From Setoptus koraiensis (taxonomy: Eukaryota; Animalia; Arthropoda): a DNA stretch of 64,000 nucleotides. Under the pieces are notes generated by a model that worked only from the letters and a program-made list of their open reading frames with translations, was not told the origin of the DNA and did not search any database. Position 1 is the stretch's first letter. Each line of letters begins with the position of its first letter. Position numbers and translations under genes: made by a program. The DNA is taken from positions 15,376,001 to 15,440,000 of the forward strand of contig CM106585.1 in the NCBI GenBank assembly GCA_048013815.1. The letters run 5' to 3'. This document shows positions 32,479 to 45,272 of this stretch, piece after piece.

Positions 32479-32855
32479 ACAAGAATGGTCGTGCATTACA
32501 TCCTTAAATATATAGTTACGAAAAATGATTTTGCAATGGCGAAATAGCAAGAAAATTTTTGAAATGTTAATAATGCGGATACCTTTGCATGTTGTATTTA
32601 TGTAAAAATGTAGAATAAAAACTTTTCCTTTGCCTTTTTCTTTTAATTTAATCAACAACTTTATTGTTAGCAAATAAATAAAGCAATAACAAATGAAGGT
32701 GAATAGGATTGAAGCAAACATTGAGATCATTCTATGTTTTGTGTTTGTATCAATGGCTGATGAATGATATAAAAAATTGACGTTTGCCTTCGTGAAAGAG
32801 TTAATCGCTGATATGTCCATCCTCCTGGACTGTACCTTGTTAGACTTCCGGTCAA

Positions 32856-35383
32856 CTACAACAATAACACTCCGATCTGTTGGCGTCCAATTTGTGGATA
32901 TTGATCAATAGAGGCATTATCATTGTTATTTGTGTCCTGTATCTGGTGTTGTTTTTGTTGTTGTGTAACAACTGAGTTGTTATCAATAGTACTGATGTTG
33001 GCCACACTATTTCGTAATTCTTTTGGAAACGGTGTAGGCAATCTTGTTAACCTAGCGGGCAGTTCTGTGTCATCTGTCACAACCGTATCATCAATTGAGC
33101 GATCAAATCTAATTGTTGTCCTGATGAATTCGTTATTCTGTAAACAATCTGTCATGTTATCCTCCTCTTCGTCGTACATTACATTCTTTGGCCTCAAATC
33201 AAACAACAAACTCTTGGTGGTTGGATTTTGGCGTGAATTAGCATACTGCTCATTGACATTAGTTGTCAATGGCATTAGTTCACTTTGGCCAGTATTTGAC
33301 TGACTAAAAGAAGTCCGAACCATGTTGGTTCCGTATTGTTGCTGTTGTTGATCTGACTGAGCTATCATGCGTTGATTGTCAAAGTCCATCTGAAATTGTG
33401 TCCGCCTTTCATCACGATAATTGCCTGTATAAGAGGATGGCCCCATTAACGGAAATAGGAAGCAGGTCAATACTTTGGTGTCGGTTCTCTCGTCTCTGTC
33501 TGTTTGAAGAACCATCAAGGGCTTCTTTTGATTCTCAGACAGCCACAATGCTGTCAGATTGGGTAGGTTGACTATTGAGTAAGGCAGATATTTCAGATAG
33601 TTGTTAGTTAAATTTAAGACCCTCAACTCGTTGAGTCTACCAATATCTTCGGGTAAAGACATGAGATTGTTGATTGCCAAATTGAGTATTCGCATGCTTT
33701 TGCAACTTCCAATTGACGAAGGCAGGGCGGCCAAAATATTGGTGTCGGCCAAGAATATCCTTAGGTTCCTCAGTGAACCAATTGAATTAGGTAAAGTGTG
33801 AACTCTATTGTTGCTTATCACCAACTCTTCTAACATAACCAAACTAGATTGGCGCGTCGAAACAATAAGAAGAAGAAAAAAAAATAGACACTCATCTATC
33901 AGTGGCAGTGATTTTTTGTTCGTTTTTGTTTTCATCAAGTAAAAGAAAAAATTAAATTCCAAGAGCATCACCATGGGCGACGATCATGCTATGCAGTAAA
34001 AATGTGAAGTGTTCACTTACTTGCCGATGGTCCTTGGTAGTTCGGACAATTCGTTTTCGTCCAATTTCAATGTAGTTAGATGAGTTAGTTGTCCTATAGA
34101 ATCGGGTATTACATGAATTCTGTTGCTAGACAAGATTAAATCGGTTAAGTTGGCGCAACGACAAAAATCTGGCTCTATCTCCACAATAAGATTATTGCTT
34201 GCATCAAGATAGTTGAGATTGTCAAGATTGCCCAAGAACTAGGGTGACGAGTTTGGTTATTAATTTTGCGCGAAGGGCAGATAAGGGAATAGAAACAAGA
34301 GAAATAGAGTATAAATTATTCATGAATATTGTGCTCTCATGCGATTGTTTTATCAAGCGAGATTTATCAAGCCAGCATGATGTGCCAACAGAAGCAGTTG
34401 CATCAGCATCAACAGAAGCATCAACAACAGCAACCATTCAACCAACAAGCTGTCTACTTACGCCAGGAATTTCATTGACGGCATTCTGATCTAGCCAAAG
34501 CTCTTGTAGGTTGACTAGTTGACCCAGTACCTCGGGCACCATCATGAGATCATTTTGACCTAAATCAAGTCGTCGTAATTCAGTCATTCGTGCCATGGAT
34601 TTGGGTAGCGTCTTGAGATTGTTTTCGCGCAATTCTAGAACTTTTAGAGCTGTCAATCTGCCAATGTTGGCTGGTATAAACTCCAGATAGGTATCATTGA
34701 GATATAGCTCATTCAAGTTGAGCAACTGTGTTAATCCGTCAGGAATTTTATAAATGGGATTTACGGATATATCTAACGACCTGAGCTGTTTACATTGTTT
34801 TATTTCGTCGGGTATCTGAACCACCTGGTTCTTGCTGACACCAAGAACCTCCAAATTGTTCAAATTGCACATGGCGGGCGGCAGACTGGATACGCATTGG
34901 AGCGGCGGAGTGGGGGGGGGGGCAGAGCGGAGTGGGGCGGACCGGAGCAAACCGGATGGGACCGGATAGGCAGGATGTTGGTATGGTAATTATGGTGAAC
35001 AAAGTTAAGTAAAGATCAGGCGCATAGAGAGGCCAGCAGCCAAATAAACAAACAATGGATACTTACGACGAAATGTCATTATCTGTCAATATTAGCTTTC
35101 TAATTTGTTGACAGTGAAACAATGTTAACGGTAGATCCTGAATATTATTTGAATCTAGATATAACTCTTCTAGAGTGCGCTCAAAGGAAAACACTGGCGC
35201 TGGCACATTGGTGAGTTTCTGATGGCTAAAATCTAAGCTCTCGGGATCTACGACAAATTTGTCGCTATCGTTGGTTTGCTGACGACAACAGCATGATTTG
35301 ATGACAGAAAATATAGGCGCTAACAACGACGATGGATAGGTGGAGGGAGATGAACTCGACGATAGAGATCGACTTGATTCCAT
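32856..35383 (-). CDS. LAP-family LRR protein (Erbin/Densin/Lap1-like) without PDZ, 4 exons (35383-35067, 34885-34462, 34238-34021, 33843-32856), 648 aa
   Basis: N-terminal SCCC then LDFSHQKLTNVP...TLEELYLDSNNIQDLP; tandem LRRs; LAPSDa (LWLSENQKKPL...VLTCFLFP) and LAPSDb (LTRLPTPFPKELRN). All three introns are GTAAGT...AG and the phases are consistent (1947 nt). Confidence 0.85.
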
Positions 35384-38300
35384 TCGCCAGATAAATATTT
35401 ATCTATTTGTTTGGTGTCGTTGCGTTTATTTGCTCTGCAGTGTTTTGCTGCAGCGCCTTTTTGCACTTGTTCGCCGGTGATTATATCAATGTGTATGTGT
35501 CTGGATTGAGCAGCGACACAGGTAGATAGGGAGAGAGAGAGAGAGAGAGAGAGAAAAAACCCTTTTAGAGGACCCTGCTCATGTTATGTAATGTCGTTGT
35601 GTCTTATATCTGTGTTGTTGTCGTATATCCATGTTGTCCATACATAAAGTGTATAAACACACACACACGCACACGTATGCGTCAGTTTGCAATTGGGAGA
35701 CGGAGGGATTCAATTTAATCTTGAGACCGCTCTCATGCACTACTTGACAGGCAACTACTACGGATAATAACTAAACGCGCATCTCCTTCTTGTTTCAACG
35801 ATGATTTTGATGTGCGATGCCAACACACACACACACACACACACGCACGCCGCCGCCATCATGGTTGTATCAGAGCGATAATATGTATGGGATAAACTCA
35901 AATGGGGCTACACAACACGATGTAGATAGGCCCTAGATAAGCTGGCAGTGAATGAAAAAGTATTGAAGCGTCAACAAACCAATTGGAAACAAAGTATGCG
36001 CGCGCTACAAAGAGTAAACAGAGTTTAAAGACTCGTAATGATGATGTAACTGGCGACCAATAACGCCAACGGAACATTGTTCATGCATTATCCGTCTATC
36101 TCGTATATCTTAATCTATGTGCTGTTATTATGTGTGCCATGGGGCGACTGCTATTTGACAATTATTTGCGGGCCGCCCAATTCATTACAACTATAACTTG
36201 CAATTTGTAATGGCGCTGGTGGGCGCACCAAGGGCCGCATCAAGGGGCTACGCGCCCTCGCTCTCCGGTTCAATACGGTGTAAACTTTTAATTAGAGTTA
36301 ATGATGTTTTTCAATGACTGCTATATTAACGGCGTATTAAGTGCACCTGCCTAGGGCGCCAACAGTGTATCCAAGGTGTATACAAGCCATAACAACAAGC
36401 CGTGATGGGGCCCGGCTGCGAACGCAAAAAGTAGGCCCAAATGGCGGTCGCTGGCTCGGCCCATTTATTGCATGCTCGCGCAAAAGAGTATATTACAAAC
36501 GCATTAGCAAACTTACCTATTGCTGGCTATTGGAAAACGACGTTTTGAAAAACGTCGTCGTCGTGGTGGTTGTTGTTGTTGTCCGGTTTGTTGATAGCGC
36601 AATGTAACATTTTTCGCGTTGCTGTTGTTGGCTGCTGGTAAGTTGTTACGACTGGTGCAACGGTACGAGTTGCACTTGATTATTTGTAGTGCTTCTGATG
36701 GATGAGTGTGTATCACAGTGGCATTACTTCTTTTTCTTCTACTCAACTACTAGTGCACACTCTGTTTTCTCTGGCACAATGTTGTTGTTGTTTGATGACG
36801 CAATTGATTGTAACGGTATAAATATGATGATTGATATGAACACTGTATATACACTAACAGTTGTACAGTGTATATAACACTAACCGTTAGTTATATCGTA
36901 CTAATACCGTAGTTACACGCGGCACACGCGCACGTTAGCAAGTAAAGCACACTAGTATCGACAACTATATCGAGCGAGTGTATGATTTCTAGTTGTTGTC
37001 GCCTTGTTTGCACCATTAACACGTTGTTGCGTAATGGTTGTAGTGCGTTTTACTTGTACTTGTGCGTCGTCGTGGTTGCGCTTGCTGTTGTGTGGTGGTT
37101 GCTCGTCGGTTGTCGGTTGTCGGCTGTCGGTTGTTAGCCGGCGGTCGTCGATTGTTGGCCGGCGGTCGTCGGTTGTCGGTTGTTGGCCGGCGGTTGTTGA
37201 TCGGCGGTTGTGGTTGCGGTCAGTGGCTGGACAAATCGAGCATGAATTATTGAGTGTTGCCGGAATATGGATAAAGATGATAAATATTCATGGATCTGGT
37301 CTGATGGTTGGCCAAGTGCGCTGAGAACGGGGCTTATTGAGAAATAGCGAGCTAGCGAAACAGAGCGAGAGACAGAGAGAGAGCTGGACAAAATTCATTA
37401 CTTGCTGCCGGCCACAACGTAATGGTAATCGTGTGCCATGGACTCATTCATGTGGCTGTTGCACTTGTCGTGTCGATGATCATCACATCGTCGCCTGTAT
37501 ATCATTTGCGATCGTGCTCGTATTTATGTATGGATATCGGCGTGCCAGTGCGGATATGTATGGATACTGTGGTATTATTATTCGTTTTTTGCAATGATGC
37601 TCACATGATTTAATACTTTAACACTTCTCGAGCTTGGTTTAACTGTCTGGCCAACTGTGAGCTGCTTAACATTCAAATATTCTTTTTATATATACTGTTC
37701 ATATAAATATCATGCCGGCTAATGGTGCACTATGAATGTAATACTATGAAACTATGGCTGCGTCGTTGTTGTTGTTGCTGTTGTTGTTGTTGTTGTTGAT
37801 GACTGCTATTATTATTATGACTGTCTGCTTATCGTGTACACACATGTGATGAGTGAGCCAAGCCGATCAACCGATGCGTATTTGTGATTCTTTAGTGATG
37901 CAATGCAATTGGCAAACGCTGGCAAGCTTGCCGACACGACGCAATGCCCAGGGCCAATTAGAACAACGCACACACTCAGTCAGGGATAAGAGTTGCGATA
38001 GATAATAGTTGCAGTTGCTTTACATAGACAGTTGCAGCGAGTGATATGTATACAGTATGTATGTAGTTATATGGTAGTTGCAGTGGCAGGCACCACGTAA
38101 ACAGCCCAGATAGAGAGAGAGAGCGGATAAAGCTGGCGAGCTGGCCGGCCAACGGTTGGCCGACGGAGCCGCTTTCGATCGCCGCCTGCTGGCCGGCGCC
38201 GCCGCTGCTGCTGCTGGGGCTTGATTGAGACCGTTAGTTGCGCAATGTAGCGTTGCAGCGGCACCAATGATACTTTATTGTTATCATTACCATGATTACC

Positions 38301-38455
38301 ATTAACATTGGCGCTATGGTAGCCTTCGATACTCTGATATTATGATTGTTGTTGCCGTTGTTGTCGCTGTCGGCGCTGTTGTTGTTCATTGCACTCGCTG
38401 GCTTGGGACGCACACTGCTCCGACGGGCTGCTCACTCGGCCTTTGTCTGGCTGGC

Positions 38456-38540
38456 CCGATACTCCGATGGCTCGATACTGCGATGGCTCGGCACTCCGAT
38501 GGCTCGGCACTCCGATGGCTCGGCACTCCGACGGCTGGAT
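38456..38540. repeat. 16-bp minisatellite (CCGATGGCTCGGCACT), about 5 degenerate units
   Basis: Direct tandem units visible at 38464-38527, with degenerate flanks. Confidence 0.85.
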
Positions 38541-38715
38541 ATCCCAGCGGCTGCTACGAGAACTCGAGCTTGTGGTGTTTTCAGTGGCGCACGCAAGCCT
38601 TTTCGCTGGCTCCTCTCGGGAATTACAACAACCCGCTATTTGGCGCTGCGCTGTCTGCGCGCTGCTCCGATCGATCTTGGTGCGGTCGTGGCGGTGGCGG
38701 CTGTGTGCAGCTTTG

Positions 38716-38890
38716 CGTTGTTGCTGTTGTGGTGGCTGTTGTTGTGGCTGTTGCTGCTGTCGTTGCTGTCGTTGTTGCTGTTGTGGTGGCCGTTGTTGTG
38801 GCCGTTGTTGCTGTTGTCGTTGTTTTTGCTGTTGTTGTTAGCAATGGCGTTGTTGCTGTTGTTGTTAGCGATGGCGTTGTTGCTGTTGGT
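38716..38890. repeat. Degenerate GTT/GCT/GTG triplet repeat
   Basis: Continuous low-complexity triplets that generate poly-V, poly-L and poly-C spurious ORFs. Confidence 0.9.
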
Positions 38891-39812
38891 GGCGCTGCTG
38901 TCGTCTGGTGCACAACACTGCTAAACTACAATTACTGGCGCTGTCCGCTGCTGGCTGCTCGCCTCGGCTGACATGGTCTGATTCAACTGAACGCTGAGCC
39001 TCCGCTCTTATTTAATGCGCTTTATGTTTTGCGTCCTCTGTCGCTGTCGCTGTCGCGCCGCTGCCCTGCTGCTGATGCTGGCACCGTTGCCGTTGCCGCT
39101 GCTGATGATTTTATTGGCAGCGCTGCATCAACTCTTACGTAACTGGCTCTCGTAGCGGCGCATTCGCAGCAGGCCCCACACCGCTGACTGTGCACTGTTG
39201 GTTGCACGCTTGCACGGCCAACAAAAAAGTGGCTCGCTCCGCGACAAGTGTTTGCTGCTCTCTGTTGTCGCTGTTGACGCTGCTGTCGCTGTTAATGCCG
39301 CTGCTGCTGCTGTCGTTGTCGCTGTTGTTGTTGTCGCTGTTGTTGGCGTTTTTGCTGTCGCTGTTGCTGTCGCCCAGATGATGCAATTTCGCAGCAAACT
39401 CACACAGAGCTCACACAAAACCCACACAAAACTCGCAGCAAACTCGGCACAAACTGCCACAGCAAGCGAGCCGGCGCTGTGCGCACTGGCGGCTGGCTAG
39501 CTGACAAGCGAATAGAATTACGTAACAGCATCAGCGGACTGGCATGCCGCTCAAGTGTCACACTCTGTGCAGACTCTTTTCAGACTCTGTGCAGACTCTT
39601 TTCAGACTCTGTGCTGACTCTGTAACAGGGACTGCACAGGGATGCAGGTCGCCGCAGTCCAGTGGCTGCAGTCTGGGCGCAGCGGTCTAGGCGCCGGAGT
39701 CCAGTGCGGAGCAGCGTGCGCAAACCTAGCCGCAGTGCAAGGTCTGTGCAAGGTGGTGACAAACTGTGCTAAGTATGGCCGGCGGGTGGGCGTGAGCGCA
39801 TCGACTTCGGGG

Positions 39813-39851
39813 GCTGAATGTTGACCGCTGAATGTTGACCGCTGAATGTTG
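39813..39851. repeat. 14-bp tandem repeat GCTGAATGTTGACC, about 2.8 units
   Basis: Directly visible. Confidence 0.85.
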
Positions 39852-41591
39852 TGCGGCTTGTACGGGCACACTTGTTCGCGCCCGCCTACAGGCGCATTTC
39901 TTCGTACCCGGTCTAGGGCCGTCGGCAAGAGCTCACACCGCACACCGCACACTGCGCACGCCTTCGCTGGTTAGATCGTCGCTGTGCCACCGGACTCCGA
40001 TGATCGGAGCCGCCGGCCATGACGGCGATTTGTGTGCGCTGTGAGTGTTTGTACGCTTGTGTATTTGTGTTTTGGCAAGCTAGCTCGCCAACATACCGCT
40101 GGCAAGCTAGCTCTGGCTGGCTGGCCGGCTGGGTGCGTGGAAGCCGTGCCCGAGCGCTGCGCCGACGGCCTAGTGTCCGACGCAAGCGGACCGAGCGCTG
40201 TCTTGAGCGCGGTGCGGCCGGCCCGTGCTCACACATTATCACTGCACGCCGCGCACCGTGTAGCTGGCTGTGCCACTAACCATATTAGTGGCACATACAA
40301 GCGAGCAAACGTGGCAAGCTCGCTGCCTATTACGTAATGTACCTAACATACATACAAAACTTGCTGGCCGCGTCGCTTGCGTAACTTGTGCAACTTGCGC
40401 AGCTTGCGTGGCGGCCACTTGGCTGGCCCGGCGCCACCGTTCACTTGCAATGACAGTGGGGCCGCAGTTGGAATGAAGCGCGGTTGAAGTTGCTGCTCGG
40501 CCGGCTCGGTGATTATGCGCGCTCTGTGTCGCCTTTAATTTGCGCCAACCACGGCCCCATTCAGTGCAACAGAAATCTACCAGAATGTACCAGAATCTAG
40601 CCAGAAGTGTCCAGTCGGCGCTGAAGACAACGCCATAGGTGGTAATTACCCGGGCCACCGTTGCTTGCCGCTCTCTGGTTACTCTCTGTTGCCCCCCCTT
40701 TGTCGGCCCGCTCGGGCCGGCTCGTTGACCGGCGCCCGAGAGGAAGCCGGCAAACAATTGTGCAAAATAACATAATTGTGGCCGCGGCTCGCACGCACAA
40801 ACTCGCATAGGGCTAATGCGCGTAATATCGCGTTGTGTCGCGTTATTTGGGGGTTATATCGCGTTGTGGCGCGCAATATCGCGTTATGTCGCGCAATATC
40901 GCATAATGTGGCCCAATATCGCATAATGTGGCCCAATGTCGCCGGCTAGACTCGCCGGGATTATCGCCGGGCAGCAGTTGGCTAAATAGCGCGACTGCAT
41001 ACTATGCAATGCACAGTGAGACAAGTGCGACTGCAAAGTAGGAATATCGCGACTAAATAGCTGCAATAGTGCCACCAAATAGCTAGAATAGTGCGACTAA
41101 ATACTTGGCATTGTCAAGACCGTTAGCACGAACTACATAATCTGCAGTGAGTGCTTGTGTCGCCGCCAATTGGCTGTTTCCTCTCTGGGCGAGCCAGCGC
41201 TTGCCGGGGCCCAACAGCTGGCCAGTAGGCTGGCTTAGGCTCGGGCTTAGGTCGCCGTCGAGGAAGCCAGTCTCTCACTTAGGGATCAATTGTTGGCAAT
41301 TTTGCTGCTTCCTCTCTATCGGGTGCCCCTCGGCATACCTATAGAGGGCTGCAGCGAGCAACGGAGAGCCTCGGAGAGGTGCACGGGCTAGAGAGGCCTA
41401 TTGAAGGCTATTGAAAGCTATTGAAAGCACGGGCACGGGAAGCTATAGGAAGCTGCGGATATGTGTGTGTATAATGGGCAGCCAGAGACATCCAGAGGAA
41501 AGGGGCCAGCCGAGCGTGGCTGCTGCACGCAACCAAACAACAAGCGACCAATCTGCAACACTTAGGGCACAAGTTGTCAGAGGCAAAGCAT

Positions 41592-41602
41592 AGCAACAAC
41601 AA

Positions 41603-41646
<44 letters not shown>

Positions 41647-41660
41647 ACAGCAGCAACAAC
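41592..41660. repeat. CAG/CAA triplet microsatellite
   Basis: About 23 mixed CAA/CAG units. Confidence 0.9.
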
Positions 41661-42108
41661 ATTACATAACATGGCACAAAAATGCAGCTACTTGCCGGCG
41701 GCGCAAAAAGAACGCCAACTCTCCAAGGGGCCGGCCGGCCAGCCCAACGGGTAAAATCCGACTCTTGCAAAATGTTGGCTGGCTGGAGAGGGAGAGAGAG
41801 GGGGAGGCTGCGGGAAGAGCAGCGTAGAGAATTAAGAGTAAAGAATAGCTGGTTGCGCAACTTTTACAACTTGGGCCACTTTTGGGCTGGCTACACTGGC
41901 CAACTGCATGGGGGTCAACCAGCGCCAGGTACGCGCACAAGGGCACGCCAATCAATTACGGGCGCACGCTGTAATCAACTAACCGGATCAACTAGCCATT
42001 GCCAGTTGATTACATAACTACCATAAGTAGTTACCGGTAGTAGCTACATAACATATAGTTAGTTTTTTGATTATGGTGGTGGTGGCGCCACCATAATCAC
42101 CAGAGAGC

Positions 42109-42316
42109 GAGCCTCGGTGAAAGAGAGCCTTGTTGAAAGGGAGCCTCGTTGAAAGGGAGCCTCGTTGAAAGGGAGCCTCGTTGAAAGGGAGCCTCGTTGA
42201 AAGGGAGCCTCGTTGAAAGGGAGCCTCGTTGAAAGGGAGCCGCGCTAAAGGGGAGCCACGCTAAAGGGGAGCCGCGCTAAAGGGGAGCCACGCTAAAGGG
42301 GAGCCACGCTAAAGGG
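42109..42316. repeat. 16-bp minisatellite, 13 units in two subtypes
   Basis: Eight GAGCCTCGTTGAAAGG-type units (42109-42236, the first two variant), then five GAGCC(G/A)CGCTAAAGGG units (42237-42316). Confidence 0.92.
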
Positions 42317-43202
42317 GAGAGAGCCCTCCCAAAAGCCGTGTTAAAAGAGAGCGGGGGCCGTGTTAAAGTGGTAGCCATGGTATAAACACATGTGCCAATT
42401 GAATGTTTGACGTAAGCGCGAAAAGCGATTTAACGAATGGGTGAACAAGTGAACTGCTGCTCACAGCAACCAGCAGCCATATATCTTTGTCTGTTGGTTG
42501 CTGCCTGCCCCTTCCCCCCCCCCGCTCACCTGTGTGTCTTTTCAAAATACGCACAGGTGAGGGGGGACAGGACAGGACAGACAGTCGTGTCGTGGAACGC
42601 CGCTAAAATTATTAGCTGACTAACGCCGCTTTCGTGTGCAGCTTCTCCGGGCCTCAGTCACCTGGCCGGCGCCACAATGGCCCGCTGTAGCAACTTTAGA
42701 GGCAGCAGCTTTATACGTTACGTAAGTCACAATGAGTCAATCAGACTGACACTCAATGTCTGGCACTGTACACCGTTGGCACAGGTGCACCTAGGCCTAC
42801 CTGTGTTCACCTGTGCTGCTGGACGGCTGCAGGCAGCAGCTCAACTGGCTTTATCCGCCAGCGGCTCACTGCCACAACTGACTGCGGCGGCAAGCTGGCT
42901 GGCGGCTAGATTGGCGCCAGATTAGTGCCAAGAGAAGAGCAAGAGAGCACACTAATCTGACAGTTGAGAATAATGACAGCACCGGGTGAGACAGTGTCAT
43001 CGCACTGCGCCTAGCGATGCGACGCGAGCGGATGTCCACACGCCGACATTGTTATTATGTTAGTTTGTCACTACAACTAATAACTCTGGCGAGGCATAAC
43101 CGGCAACAACCGGCAACAACCGGCGGCCGCTGTCGTTGCCGCTGCCGCTGCTAAGATAATCCCGCCAGTCATTGTGTGTATAATTGTGTATATGAGGAGG
43201 AG

Positions 43203-43358
43203 CAGCAACGGCAGCAGCAACAACAGCAACGGCAGCAACAACAGCAACGGCAGCAACAACAGCAACGACAGCAGCAACAACAACAACAGCAGCAACAGCA
43301 ACGACAGCAGCAACAGCAACAACAGCAACGACAGCAGCAACAACAACAACAGCAACAG
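43203..43358. repeat. CAG/CAA/CGR triplet repeat, 52 units
   Basis: Directly visible; yields poly-Q, poly-L, poly-C and N/S ORFs in different frames. Confidence 0.92.
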
Positions 43359-45035
43359 CGCAAAGTCAACGGCGAGCTAGGCAAACATTATGTGCCAAGC
43401 TATGCAGTGACAAATGAGGGGCCCCGGACCCGCATAGACGCACATAGACACACATGGGGATACGCGGGCATGCATAGACATGCATGGACATACATCATTG
43501 GCACGGGCCCATTGTGCTTGGCTGGCTCGCTGGCCATCGAGCCGGCCTATTTAATATGGTGCCAGTTTTAAATGTCATCATCGTGCGCCTTGCCTCGGGC
43601 AACACCGGCGCCAGCCAGCCAGCCAGCGGTCTCGCGGCAAGCTGCTACCTAGCTGCAACGCAACAACAAACAACAAACAACAACAAATATACATATACAT
43701 ATACCTATTATCTGTCCCTGTCTCTATGTGTCGCATTATGTAAGCTCCGCCTGAATGAATATAGTGGGCCGAGTGATTGACGTCAACTTGGCTCGCTACC
43801 ACTAATACCGCATCGCAAATACCTCGCTTGCCCGTCCGTCCGGCTGGCTGGCTGGCTGGCTGGCGGCGCCCTTGCCGCTGCCTGTCGCGTGACCCATTTG
43901 AGCAAACAACAAAAAGCTCAAGGTGAGAGATGGGCACCAACAAAAATATACACAATAACATATAGTGCATGGCGGCAAGCGAGTCGTCGTTGTCATTATA
44001 GACATGAGTGGATGCCAGCACTTGAGAAAGCAAGATAGATGAGCTCAAATTAAACATACGTCCATATCCATATAGGCACGTGCAGTCACAGCCAGCCAAT
44101 GACACACTTGAACTGGCCAGCTAGGTGGCTAGCTTGCCGGGCGCGACAATGGGCCAGTAGCGCCGTATAGTACCACTCCGAGCACGTCACAACACGTCTC
44201 ATTCCGAGTCAATTCGCCTGGTGTCGCTGCTGGAGCCACTGACCAACTTTTGAAATAAATAATAAAACATGGGTCAAATAATGAAACGCTTAAACGCTAT
44301 TACGCTGCTACAAACTGTAATAACAGTTATAATGATAATAGACAGATAGATTGCCTACTTGGGCGCTTATTGGAGCCAGTCAGCTCGCTCAAGTGCCCCT
44401 CGAGTGTGTGTGTGTGTGGGGGGGGGGGCCCGTTTTTTGCCATCAACCATTTTTGTTGCATGACGCACTAAATGGGTGACTGGTGTCACTGTCTAACTGT
44501 CCAGCTATCCGCTACAGGCTATCGATGTCATGCAGCTCAACTGTGGTGTTGGCCATGTCAATGTCGCCAGCCATACGCCGACCCGGGCGCTTTCGGGATA
44601 TGCGGTGATGGTTGCACTATTCTTAGTAGATCCCACAATCTAGGATATGTGTTTTTGGGAATGTGTGGCCACGGTGGCGGCCCCAATGTGCGCTGTCGGC
44701 CAACAAACAAACTAACCTGACCTGACCAACTAGATAGTGTGTATCAGCTGGAAACGGGCTGCGTGAACACACACGCTTGACCAATTTGGTCGGGATTGTC
44801 AAAACATCTCTCGCCAAAAGATTTTTTCTTCTTCTTTGTTTGTTGGTTCTCTGCTATTGCTATTATTATCATCATTGTTATTATTTATATGTGTTTGTTT
44901 GCTTGCCAGCCAGCCAGCCAGTTTTGTTTGTTTGTTTGTTTATTCGCCATTTCGCGACTGTTGCACGTGCACGCCAGTAGATAACACTAGTAGAGCAAGC
45001 AGTTTAGTTAAGCGACTTGCCAACTCACAAGTTAC

Positions 45036-45038
<3 letters not shown>

Positions 45039-45102
<64 letters not shown>
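45039..45102. repeat. (AC)32 microsatellite
   Basis: Pure dinucleotide run. Confidence 0.95.
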
Positions 45103-45105
<3 letters not shown>

Positions 45106-45224
45106 ATTACTAAATTCAACAACACAAGCTATGATTCGTATCGAGTTTCCGGTTGTCGCATTATAACAAATGTTACGTGACACGTTTGACGTTATGTGTC
45201 AACATTATGTAGCCTTTCCGGCCA

Positions 45225-45272
45225 GCCTAACCAAAGGCCTAACCAAAGGCCTAACCAATGGCCTAACCAATG
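45225..45272. repeat. 12-bp tandem repeat GCCTAACCAA(A/T)G x4
   Basis: Directly visible. Confidence 0.9.

Noticed and set aside
32467-32820. Minus-strand 117-aa ORF as a C-terminal or PDZ exon of the LAP gene
   Set aside because: AT-rich, UTR-like composition, no PDZ signature and no supported splice into it.
36513-36746. Alternative coding first exon of the LAP gene
   Set aside because: It ends at a good GTAAGT donor, but splicing to the nearest acceptor before 35383 meets an in-frame TAA. At most it is a 5'-UTR exon or uORF.
42109-42316. CRISPR-like array
   Set aside because: The units are directly adjacent with no unique spacers, there are no cas genes, and the context is eukaryotic.
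38342-43571. Poly-L, poly-V, poly-C, poly-Q and poly-T ORFs (e.g. 38342-38971, 41408-41860, 43077-43384, 43176-43571)
   Set aside because: They are open in several frames and on both strands because of triplet repeats lacking stops. There is no recognisable domain or convincing splice context.
45225-45272. Interstitial arthropod telomeric (TTAGG)n array
   Set aside because: CCTAA occurs only as part of a 12-bp unit repeated four times, not as a tandem pentamer.
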